Made by a program: the position numbers and the translations under genes. Under the pieces are notes generated by a model that saw only the letters and a list, made by a program, of their open reading frames with translations, had not been told where the DNA came from and did no database searches. DNA of 64,000 bases from Camelus dromedarius (taxonomy: Eukaryota), in contig NC_087436.1 of assembly GCF_036321535.1 (NCBI RefSeq), positions 119,476,001 through 119,540,000 on the forward strand, given 5' to 3'. Below, in pieces: positions 24,535 to 35,800 of the stretch. Within the stretch, counting starts at the first letter, position 1, and each line of letters starts with the position of its first letter.

Positions 24535-26391
24535 CCACCTTATTGGGTCCTACTTAATCTCAGTTTTACTGCATATTCAAGCAAGTGTGAGAACACAGGT
24601 CATCTCGAGGTCCGCTGTGAGGCTAGGCATCATACTGGGCTCTTTGCTCCCATCTTACTTAACACCAACCGCAGTCTGAGGGGCAGGTGGTGTTGACCTT
24701 ATTTCCCTACTGAGCATCTAGCATCCTGAAAAGGTCAGGGACTGTGCCCCAGCCTCATGGCCAGTGTATGGTGGAGCCGGGACGTTCTGGCCTTGGCTGA
24801 CTCTGAAGCCTGTGTTGTGATTTGGGAAGCCCCAGAGTTTTGTTCTTTCTGTGGTTGTGCAATTGGAAACTTACTGAAAGTCGACCTAATGGTGGTATTA
24901 AAACTTCACTCTTAGGGAAGTCAGCCTTGTACTTTGAAACTGGGTCACGGAAGAAGGTGTATTCACTGTTCTAACTCCTCCCCTCCTCACAGGCACACAC
25001 TAGTAAAACCAAGGGATGTTTTAAAAACTGACACTTTTGACCCATTTCACCCCGAGACTGCCAGCATCTGTGCTTTAACTGTCGAAACCTCATTTGGGAA
25101 GTAGGACCACACAGTTGTTTTCCTTCACCTCCTGCCAAAATGATCAAAGCTAAGCCCAACTCCTGGGAACTGAGAGCGGGCAGAGGCTCCCAGACCCTCT
25201 AGCCTCCAGCTCAGCACGCCTCCAGATCTGTCCCGTAAGCATTTGAATGAGGATGCTTGTTGCTGCCTTCCAGGTGCTGACATCAACATGCAGTTATATT
25301 TCATAGTTGTACTGCGCTTACGGACTCTCATAGATTGTGGGTCAGATCATCACAAGGTTAGAAAAGGGTTGTTAATCAAAATTTTACTTATTGGAACACA
25401 ATAGTATTACTAGAATTTGATTTATATTTTAATAAAACAGCATATACTATCCAGAAGGCAGATGTGCTCTGCTTTATTTTCCAAAAGTTTGATGGAAAAA
25501 CTAAAGTTATAGAAATTCTCTGAGTAGCTGTGATTAAAGTCTTAGTGATCAACTAGTGAGCGTTCGCAATCCAAGGCAACCGATGGCTGGGGAGCATCCG
25601 GGCCGGGGAAGGCGGGGGGGGGGTCTCTGTGGGGTCAGCCTTCATTTCCACCCTTTCAGGAAGACTGGGGCATGGATATACCACGGAGGTCTGTGTCTAA
25701 CAGTGAAATCTGTGTGCAGAGTTAGTATTTCACCATTGCCACACCACCCAAAGAGAAGAATCATTGAAAAATAAGTTCCAAATATGGGTGAGACGTGGAG
25801 GCTGCCTTGTGGGAGACCTGCCTTGACACCTCTCTGCCAACAAGAATCCTCATTTTCTTTTTTTTTTTAACTTCTGCCTGTGTTGCTTGCATCGCTGCCC
25901 CCTTTCAGGCAGCATGTTCAGGAAGACTGGGCCAGGGGGTAGCGGTTCCATTTTGTCTTTATTTAAAACCAGATGGGTTTTCTGCTTGTCTCTCGCTTTC
26001 TTCATCTGTCAGATATTCATTGATTATACTGATTTGTGTCAATCCCAGTGCTGTTTGCTCTGAATACAAATATGAATGAGAGACCCTCCCAGTCTCACTG
26101 GAGCTCACAGTCTAATAGATTCGATAGACTCACAAATACATCGAAGCAAAACAGGTTGATGGGTGGGTTGTGTAATCTAAGTAAACACGCAGAGTGGCAT
26201 TTTGTGTGTCTCTTTGTATATGGTGGTGTCTTCAGACATCAGCGCCCTCAGGCTAAGTGGGGGATCGTTTAAGCAGCCTTAGCTGCAGTTGAACTTGAAA
26301 CATTTGAATGAGGCAGTGTGCACTCTCTGGTGTTTTCAAGGAGGCGTACTCACGTGTGTACTTGATACTTACCCAGAGGCTTTTCTTCCAG

Positions 26392-26472
26392 AGCTCTTTG
26401 CCATCTGTCTTGCCCGAGCCAAGGAGAGGTGGCGGTCCTTTAGCACAGGAGGCTCTGAAGTGGACAGTGAAG
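26392..26472 (+). CDS. TBC1D14: TBC1D14 coding exon (~exon 8), ELFAICLARAKERWRSFSTGGSEVDSE
   Basis: ttccag| acceptor, |gtatgt donor, 81 nt, phase 1->1. Confidence 0.95.
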
Positions 26473-27407
26473 GTATGTATGATGCTAACACACCTGTGGG
26501 CTCCTTCGGTCACATATGTATGTCATTATTTATTACATAATGAAGAAAATTTACTTAACTGAAATAGTGGTTAGTGCAAAATATAAAAGCTTCATGGGAA
26601 AAGGGATTTTTTTAGAGCAAACAAATTAAAGAAAGAAACTTTTATAAGAAAGATGATACCAATTCCTGAGAGTTGAGTGTATCCTAAGATGCTGGAAGCC
26701 TTTATTCACTATTCACATGATTTACAGTAGCCTGGCACCCAGGATCGCTTGAGAGCTGGTTTATAGAGGAACCGCTTCCACAGAGACAAGAAAAACAGCG
26801 TATTTCCTAGATTATGCTTTTAGAATTTTCCATAACACACGAGAATGGTTGTGATGGCCTCTGTTAGTTAAGTAGTGTCTTTTTTGCTGATCTGCTTTTA
26901 TACTGTCTATGTGGTATTAGAATTAAAAAATATAAAGCAAGCTATTCATACTTACTTGTTAGAAATAGTACACATGAGTGTTGCACTGCAGTAGCTCCCA
27001 CGTGTTCTCAGTTTATCCCAGTGATGTTCTAGATCAAATAATGGTTTTTTTTTGTGTTTTCTGTGCCTGGAATCCATTTGTGTGTCTGTCACCTTACTTG
27101 TCCTCACTTCCATGACAGTTGTTGGCAAAGGTAATATCAAATCAGATTTTGATTTCACACTCTGGAAAGTATCTGATGATGATCTAGCATTAGATGGTGC
27201 TGTGAGATTTTTGCTCTTAAAGTAAGAAACTCTACAAACTGGTGTAAGCTCTACAAACTATTGATCCTGTTGGTTGAGGTGGTAATTAGGTCCATGTACT
27301 TCTGAAGAACTTCCTTTTCTTGTTTCATTCTCATAAAAGTTCAAAGCCTTGTAACTACTCCACACACTTGCCTCTGAGAGGTGTGATGACTGTTGATCTT
27401 TTGACAG

Positions 27408-27502
27408 ATGCTGGTTTTTCAGCAGCAGACAGAGAAGCCAGCCTGGAGCTTATTAAACTGGACATTTCCAGAACCTTCCCTAATCTCTGCATTTTCCAGC
27501 AA
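27408..27502 (+). CDS. TBC1D14: TBC1D14 coding exon (~exon 9), [32 protein letters not shown] (arginine finger IxxDxxR)
   Basis: tgacag| acceptor, |gtaggt donor, 95 nt, phase 1->0. Confidence 0.96.
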
Positions 27503-29394
27503 GTAGGTGGTGGTGATTTGTTACGTTCAGTATGTTTTGTCTAGAATTCACAGGTGCCAAATTGCATATATTTGTAATCAAGTTTGAAAAGTACTAGGGC
27601 TTTTTGGCGAGAGGGCAGGTCTTATGTTGATCTATGTAGAGTTTTAAAAATAACGGTAACTGATTCTTTCCAACAAATATTTAGTATGACTTTGAGATAC
27701 CCAGTCTGGTTCTGTTATGCCCATGTACCCACTAGGGAACCATTAAAGGAAAGTGGAATAAATTAGAACAAATCAGTTAGTGGCTGCCTAGAATGAGCCA
27801 GGAGGTGTAGAGGTTAGACAGGTGGGCTTTGCAGAAATGTGGGTATGTCCCAGGTACTCTGACAGCACAGATAGGTAATGGTTCACTCTCCTGGTCCACA
27901 TACAGCAGCCGGGAGAGGGCAGGGATGAGGGGTCAGGCATGCTCACTGAGGAAGTGGCTCTTGGGCTGTGATTGGACCAGGTTTGAATGACAGTCTGACC
28001 AGAGGATGGGAGAGACATCCCAGGCAGGAGGAGGACCAGAATGGAACCATCAAACAGCTGATAGTTCAGGGAATCCTCAGTTCCGTGGACTGGTGGCTGC
28101 TCTGTTTGAGGTAGGAGCCAGCTGCAGGGCAGTCTGTGCTCTGGAGGAAAGAGAGTATAAGGGCAGAGCTCTGAGACACATCTGGAGTGTGGCCAAGAAG
28201 GGCCGTCCAAGAACCGGGCCAGGGCCTGAAAGGTGCCCGTGGCCAGATGTCTCCCTCAGTCTGTGGTTCCTAAAGTTCTAGATTTCAAAAATGGGCAACG
28301 TTTAAAAAAAAAAAAAGTGGTGTGGGGAACTATGAAATGTCCAGAACAAGTTAAGGGCATTTGAAACAAGAAACTGCCATCTACTAGCACCATCTTTCAT
28401 CAAAGAAAGGACATTTAGCACCAGAGTAAGGAGGATGTAATCAGGAGGAGGGCGCAAAGTCTTCCAAATTAAGAACACGTAGCTCTAAGGAAAGGCCAGT
28501 GCAGTGCCTTTGCTTTTTCCTGCTTTGTCCTTAGACCGGATACCCCTTGGTGACAGTCGCACTGGTCCTCAGGTGATGCGGCCCCAGGACGCCCCTCATC
28601 CCCCCTTACCCTCTTAGCCCTGGGTGTCATCTTTTTTACCTTCCATTGCTGTTTTATCCCTCTGTGATTTGGAAGGGTCTCTTCTTTTTATATGTCAGAA
28701 TGGGATGGCTGGGCCAGGGCGTTCTCATGTACACCTGGCAGGCGTGGGCCTGAGCCATGATCTGGGCCGAGCCCGTGTCTCCCACGTTCACATCAGTGTG
28801 AGGTGCCTCCGAGCTTCCTTCCATGCTCAGTTAGAGCAAAGAAATTCCAACACTTAAATTTTTGGAAGAAGTTACAGGAACAAATGGAAATCTTGGAGGG
28901 ATGGGAGAGCTGGGAGAAGTTTGGAATAAAATGGTAGCTATTCGGACCTAAAAAGTCAGAGTGTGTTTCCTAAACCTGCTGTCCTGAGAAACACAAAAGA
29001 AACAGAGAGTGACAGGGGAGAGAGGGCAGAGGTAGGAAGACGGTGAGCTCTCCCTCCTCTGAAGGACCCTGGGGCACCTGGTCTCCCGTTGAACTCTGAA
29101 GGGGAAATGCAGTTACACAGCAGGGGCCAAATTAGGGCTGTTTTTCTAGCGCTGTGCTCACACCTGACCCACCAGCTCACGTCAGCGCAGCTTCGCAGAC
29201 CGAGCTGCAGACGGGCCTTGTTAACTGCAGGTTGCTAGTTAATCTGTCAAGTTGCACATACGTGTTGAGCTGCTAGCGTAACGCTTGGCATCTAGGCCTC
29301 CTGGTACATGGGGGGCATGATTGGCGGCGGCGGGAGCGAGTCCCAGCACTAACACAGCTGACGCGTGCTGTCTCCGCTGTGTTGGTCCCTGTAG

Positions 29395-29466
29395 GGTGGG
29401 CCGTACCACGACATGCTGCACAGCATTCTGGGCGCTTACACTTGTTACCGACCGGATGTGGGCTAT
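29395..29466 (+). CDS. TBC1D14: TBC1D14 coding exon (~exon 10), [24 protein letters not shown]
   Basis: ctgtag| acceptor, |gtaagt donor, 72 nt, phase 0->0. Confidence 0.96.
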
Positions 29467-30133
29467 GTAAGTGAACTTTTTGAATACTTTATAATGTTCT
29501 CATCTAGAAAGAAAGTTGGAATGTTGGCCAGCACACTGTAGCTGCAGGTGTCAGGTTGAATGCCCCCGTTTTTTTGTTGAGTATGAAACGTCTCACGGTA
29601 AATGATTTGCCTCAGTTTCCTCGCAACTGGCTGCTCTGTGGCATTAATCACATTTTAATGGGGTTTGACTTCCGTTTTTCGCATGTGATTTTTTCAGCAT
29701 TAAGTCAGAAGCGCTTTTAGCAGTGACCGCGTTTGACGCTGTGCTGCTGCTGCGCCTGCGGCTTGGCAGACGCGCATGCGCAGTTTTAGAGTAACGCGTT
29801 CGGTTAGACGCGCATCTCTATGGCACCAGGAAGCTCTACGTTGCAGAGGGTGGCATCTCAGACGCAGGAGGGGCTGGTCATGGTTTTCCCCGTGTTGCGG
29901 GTGGGGCTGGAGCAGTGCACGCAGGTGGCCGATGGGGCAGAGCGGCGGTTCCCGGCAAGGCCAGGCCAGGATGGAGAGGGCTGTCGGTTCAGCCTCCGGC
30001 GGGTGGCCATGGGCGGGTGCAGTGTGGATCCTTCCAGTGTGAGGGATTTGGGTTCCTCTTCCAGTAAGATGGCAGAGCTGTTCTGACTGTGGTGGCTGCC
30101 TCAGTGTAATCCCCATTTCTCTCCTCCTCTCAG

Positions 30134-30262
30134 GTTCAGGGCATGTCCTTCATAGCGGCCGTGTTGATCCTGAACTTAGATACTGCAGATGCCTTCATTG
30201 CTTTTTCTAATCTTTTGAATAAACCGTGTCAAATGGCATTTTTTCGAGTGGACCATGGCCTT
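30134..30262 (+). CDS. TBC1D14: TBC1D14 coding exon (~exon 11), [43 protein letters not shown] (glutamine finger YxQ)
   Basis: tctcag| acceptor, |gtaagt donor, 129 nt, phase 0->0. Confidence 0.96.
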
Positions 30263-31737
30263 GTAAGTATCCCCGGTGTGTGTTGTGCCCTGGGTACTGT
30301 GTTTTCACACAGCAAGAGGGGCCTAATCATTTTTTCTCTTCAGGGGGAAAAAATAATACATTTTTCCTCCATTAAGATACTCAGAATAAGTAGCACTACA
30401 TGACGTGGAGGATTTTTTGGGTGTTGTGCTGAACTTCAAAAGCACGTGATTAATAGCCATATGAAAAAATTTCTTAAAGCATCCTTTCGGAAAATATTTC
30501 TGAAAATATATTCCAGCATGCACACCATGTGTCCAAGCAGAAGCCCCAGAGCAGCCCCACATCGGGGTCTGCCTCACGCAGCATGCTCATACACAGGAGA
30601 GGAGATGGGCTTAAGACCGGCTCCTCCATCTGACAGAAGGAAGAAATGAGTGGCTGGAAGGATTTGGCAGTCCTTGCCCTGGGGAGGTCCCACCCGCTCC
30701 TGGAGGTGGGACCACTGCCTGGTGCAGATAAGGAAGTGAGGCTCAGGAGTGATAGGCCTCGGTCGAGGCACATATCTGGTCAGTGGAGAGCCGCACTGGA
30801 CCCCTTCTGCTTCCTAAGCCTGTGTTCTTCCTGTAGCCCAGGAGGGAGGGAGGTCACCGATGCACCAGATCCAACCGCTTTGTAGTTAGCATTGTCTGGA
30901 TTTGCTGGTCGTTTGCTGACACTTGCTGATAATTGTCACTAGTATTTCAGACCTAAAAGGATCTAATAGTTCAGAACAGCTAGAGAATATTTCTTCCTTG
31001 ATGTGTTAAGGACTCCTGAGTATATCTTGCTCAGGCTGTTACATACATTTTTTTTTTTTAAGTATTATGAAATTGCTGCTAAATGGTGGCTCTCAAGGGA
31101 AGTGTAAATTGGCAGTGTCCTTCTGGAAGATGGTTTGGTGTTAGGTGTCAGTAGCAGTAAATGGTGTTGGTGTGTAATTTTCAGAAGAATTGTTTCTAAG
31201 AAAATGACAAGTGTGGACAGAGCACTTTGCACAGTGATTATTGCACAGTTATAATTATTCAATAAAAATTTAAAATTATTTTTCATTGTGAAAATGAAAA
31301 CTTTTAAAAATGGGTATTTAGGGGAATACAGAATGTTCATTAAAATCTGGAAATATTCTATCCAGTGCAACATTGACATTGCAAACAACTGTACGGGGAA
31401 AGATTGAAGATAAAATGCAAATTTTTTCTGAAGTATGTAAAATAGAATATATGCCATAATAGCTACCATATTTAACAATAAAAGGAAGTACACCCAATGT
31501 TAATGGATGATCTTTATTCGTTTCTGTACTTCATAAGTTTTCTACAGTGAGCATTTTACAGACACTACTTTCATAGTCAGGAAAAAACCTTTTTTATATA
31601 ACAAAATGGTTTACATCTAAGTATCTTCTAATTTTGAAGACCCCTTTGGAAACACATGATGAAAAATGAGAAATTTTAGCTTGTGTTGTTAAGGAAAAAT
31701 CACAGAATTGTAATGTTGAGTGGGAGCTGCATCTACA

Positions 31738-31949
31738 GCAGGGTTTCTCTGCAGCAGCGCCATGGACATCTGGGGCTGCGCAGCTGTGGTGAGGCCGTCC
31801 TGTGCATCAGACGCCGTCCAGCAGCACCCCTGGCCTTTCCCCACCAGATGCCAGTAGCACCTCCCTGCTAGATGCAACAATCAGAAATGTCCTGAGGCAC
31901 AGCCAGGTGTCGCCTGAGAGGCACAGTCGCCCCTACTTGGGAGCCACTG
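31738..31949. mobile_element. MER20 (hAT-Charlie) non-autonomous DNA transposon
   Basis: cagggtttctc...ccagcagcacccctggcctttccccaccagatgccagtagcacc...aaatgtcc...gggagccactg; ~210 bp, resembles the MER20 consensus. Confidence 0.8.
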
Positions 31950-32723
31950 GTTTTCAGAACATCCCTTCACTAAGATGTGCAGACAGCCTCTGAGAGTTGC
32001 CGTCTGCCCACAGGCATCCAGCTGGGAAAGGGTGGAACAGAACCAGGCTGCGTCTCAGATGTGTGCCGCTCCTAATCCTGTGTCAGCACCGCCCCTGCTC
32101 TGTCCATTTTGTTTTCCTGCAAACCCTGTAAGAAGGTGAAAAGCGTGTGCTGGTAAAACACAGGCCGTGGCTGCTTCCTTTTTCCCCGCAGGGTTTCTCC
32201 CTCACTGCATTAAAGGGCTGCACTTCTGAGCCGCAGCAGTGTTGCCCTTGCCTCAATGTTAGTGTTATGTTTTATGTTCCCTCTGGAAATGCTAGGGGTT
32301 GGGAGGGAGGCATGCCTGGTTTTTCAGATCGTTTTAGGCAGTTAATCCATCCCTGGTTCTCAGAGAATGAACCTGTCAGGAGTCAGCCGTTGCTGGGGGA
32401 CAGGCACAGGTTCAGGGCCCCGCCTCGCCACACGCTGGTGATGTGACCTCATTTGGCAAGTGACAGAACTGTTCTGGGTTTCAGTTCTCTTATCTACAAA
32501 TTGAAGAAATAATAAGATGCAGCCAGTGATGTGAGACAGAGACCGCTCTTATTGAGATGGTGCACGTGTAGTGCCTGGTTCCGGGTTGCCAGAGAAGATA
32601 CGTGCGCAGTTACGCGTGAAGATGAGTGTTAGGTTGTAAAGGTGCACGTGTGTTGCCTTTTTTTGTAGACTAGAAGCTTGTGCTGATAATGAGTTTATAG
32701 TATGTTTCACATTGTCTCCCTAG

Positions 32724-32833
32724 ATGTTGACTTATTTTGCTGCATTTGAGGTATTCTTTGAAGAAAATTTGCCGAAATTATTTGCCCATTTCAAGAAAAA
32801 CAACTTAACTCCAGACATCTACCTAATTGATTG
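32724..32833 (+). CDS. TBC1D14: TBC1D14 coding exon (~exon 12), [37 protein letters not shown]
   Basis: ccctag| acceptor, |gtaaga donor, 110 nt, phase 0->2. Confidence 0.96.
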
Positions 32834-35800
32834 GTAAGACTGCATTTTAATGTTTTCAGTGTTTTCTTATCTCCACACCCCTGTTTTTCATTCCTTACTG
32901 CCAGCATCTTCCAGGGCTCGGCTGACCCCCACGTCCTGCTTTACCGTCTCCCCCGCGGCCCCGAGCCCTGTGTCCCTGGGCTCATGCTGCTGGTCGTCTG
33001 CTCAGCTCTGTTACTCTCTCTGGTGCCTCCTGTGACTCTAACTGGTCCTCCTGAATTCTCTCGGGGAGAACAGTGTCTTGGACCTCTTTGTTTTCAAGGT
33101 ACTGATATCCATTCCTTCCACGAGACGTCACTAAGCACCAGGTCTGTGGAGGCTCTCCGCTAGGATCCCGGACAAGCAGTGAGGGGACTCGGCACTGGCC
33201 TGTCCGGAGCTTCTCCCTAGCAGGAGAGACTGTGGACGGCTGGGGCTGGACAGCAGGTGATGAGTGCCGTCCCTGAAGGAAGGGAAGGACAGAGGCCTGG
33301 ACCCAGGCTTGGGGGCCAGAGTACACAGAGATGACACAGGAGTTTGAGCCAAGACATGACATGAGTGTGCGGCATTCCAGAATTAGGGCTGCAGCAGTTG
33401 GCGTGGAGATGTGGGAGCCTGAAGTAAAGGGCAGAGGGCGGCAGGCGAAAGGCTGGGAAGCCGGGTCTGGTGGGTCTCGGATGCCAGGTAGAGGAGCAGA
33501 CAGGATTACAGGGGCCAGAGGGAGCGGTTGAAGGCTTTTGCTTGGGGTGAGAATGCAGGTGGGCTATACCCAGAAGTGAGTTTTATTTACTTGCAAGGCA
33601 GGGGAACCTGGAGGCAGACACATTAAGGAAAAAAAGCCAGGGCTTGAGCTGAGGCTGCAGGAGTGGGTGGAGAGTGGGGAGGAGAGAGATGCTGGGGAGG
33701 GAAGCGCTGTGGCCCCAGGGGAGGCTTGTGGCTGTCGGGGAGAGGGCGGAGACGTGTGGTCTGCTCTTGTGGGGCCAGATGCTGGGGGGGGGTGCTGAGC
33801 CCAGCTGAGACCAGAACACAGCAGGGTTGGGTTTGTTGGGACTCTTAGTGGATTTGGCTTTGGACACAGTGGTTCTGAGGTGCCTGTAGGACACTGAGGA
33901 AGACTCACAGATACAAGGCTCCAGGGAGTTCTGCAGTGGGGCAGTGGACAGGCAGGTCTTCGTGCATAGGTGCATGTGGTTGTCGGAGGAAGGGCTAGGG
34001 CGTCACCCCAGAGAGCGCCAGGGGAGAAGGTGGGCGGTAACTTGGGAGCAAGGTGAGGAGTCTCTCGGGGCCGCATGGTGGGAGGAGCGTGGCTCTGCAG
34101 TCCTGCGGTCCCACCCAAGTCCCAGCCTCTCCTGTTACTCACCTATGGCCTGGCCGAGGGCCCTGGAACCTCTCTGAGCCTGCTCCCTCATCTGTAGACC
34201 AAGCTGATGAGCCTTTCAGGGCCTTGTCCGTTGACTGCCCGGCATTCCCACCCCGACTCACAGCGGGCTCTGCAGAGGGAAGGAATGTCACTTGACCGAA
34301 AGGCCTGTTGGGGCTTCGGCACTAACTTGCACAATGACTCTGAAACTGCCAGGAATGCAGAGCTGGTGTGACTTTTTTTTTTTTTTTTTTTTTTGCTCAC
34401 TTTCTTCATGAGGGAAAAGGCTTCTGCAAGGTGAAGTCCCAATGTCGTCGGAAACAAGGCTCCTTTAAATAAAGCCAACTTGTCCACACCCACGGGAACA
34501 AGCCTGTGGGATTCTTGGCATTGGCTGCTTCTGCCCTCAACCCTGTTTTGTTCTGATTCTGATGAATTCTTGCCAGGCACAGGGTCTGAGGGTCACAGCT
34601 CCTAGCTGTCGTGACAGGTGCTGTGTCACTGTGGGTTAGTATAGTGAGATGGCCGTGAAGTGGCCACTGGTGGGGATGCTGGGCTGGCCTGTCTGGCTGT
34701 GCAGGGTGGAAGTGTTTGGGGCCTGCCTTGAAGGGCACCTTTATTTAGCTGACAAATGATTTGTCCACAACACGAACACTCAGCTCTTGTATAGGCTGTC
34801 CCTCTGCACCCCTGTTGTGCACGCATGCTGGTCATTTGACCGTGAACCCTGACCTTGAAGGTTCCCAGCCTGGAGCCCGTGACCGGGGGAGGGTGGTAGG
34901 GGAGGCTCCTGTGGGACCAGAGTCTTCAGCTTCTACCTGGTCTATTTGAGGCCCCCAGGTTAGATTCTTAGGATTCCAGGCTAAAAGTGAACTTTGGAAA
35001 GCACTGTTCTGGAATAGTGACTTTCAAACTTTTTTTACCCTGACTTGTAAAAGGAAGTAAATTCTGTGTTGTGACCCAGTGTGTGGCCGTGTGTGCAGCA
35101 ACATAGTATGTATACGAAACAGGTTTCATGAACCAGTACCTAGCTGTCACTATGTGCAGAGCATTCAGAAGTTTCCTGTTCTGTTCTGTTTGTTCAAAAA
35201 AAAAAAAAAAAAAGCTGGTGCTGATCCAGTGTGATGACAGCATAGGCGGTGGTCGGTGCGGTCACCACGGGCAGGGAGGAGCACTGTCCTGCAGGACGCC
35301 TGTCTCTTTCTATTCCAGACTGAAGGTGGGGGGTAGCGGTCGAGGGGACCTGCCTTCATGGACTCCGGTGCTTCTCTCATGACCTCGTGGGGCGCTTAGA
35401 GCAGCCCCTTCCCGTGGACTGCAGCACCTCTGTCTCACACTTGAGGAAGGTGAGGCTCCAAGAGGCTGAGTGACTTGCCCAAGGCCTCGGGGCTGGCTGA
35501 GCGGCAGGGCTGGTGCTCACCTGCTCAGAGCTTGTTCTCTAGGGGCTTTAGCTGTAAGGCAGCATGACCCATGAGGTGGGTCCCGGAGCTCAGGCTCCAA
35601 AGATACAGCAGCACGCTGGTGAGGGTACACAGCTCGGGGCAGGCTTGCTGGCGATGCGGGTGGAGCAGAGCACAGAGGTCCGAGTGAAAAGGAGCTGTGA
35701 GGACCCCGCTCCAGAGACCACGTGACGTGGTTGGTGCCTGATGCCCCGTGAGTGCTGCCCGCTGTAGTCTGACGAGGGCTCTGCTGGTGCAGGCCTGTCC

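Noticed and set aside
34373..35213. T-run (~34373-34394) and A-run (~35196-35213), also the A-run at ~2463, as retrocopy tails
   Set aside because: No adjacent processed-gene or SINE body and no target-site duplication seen; treated as simple homopolymers.
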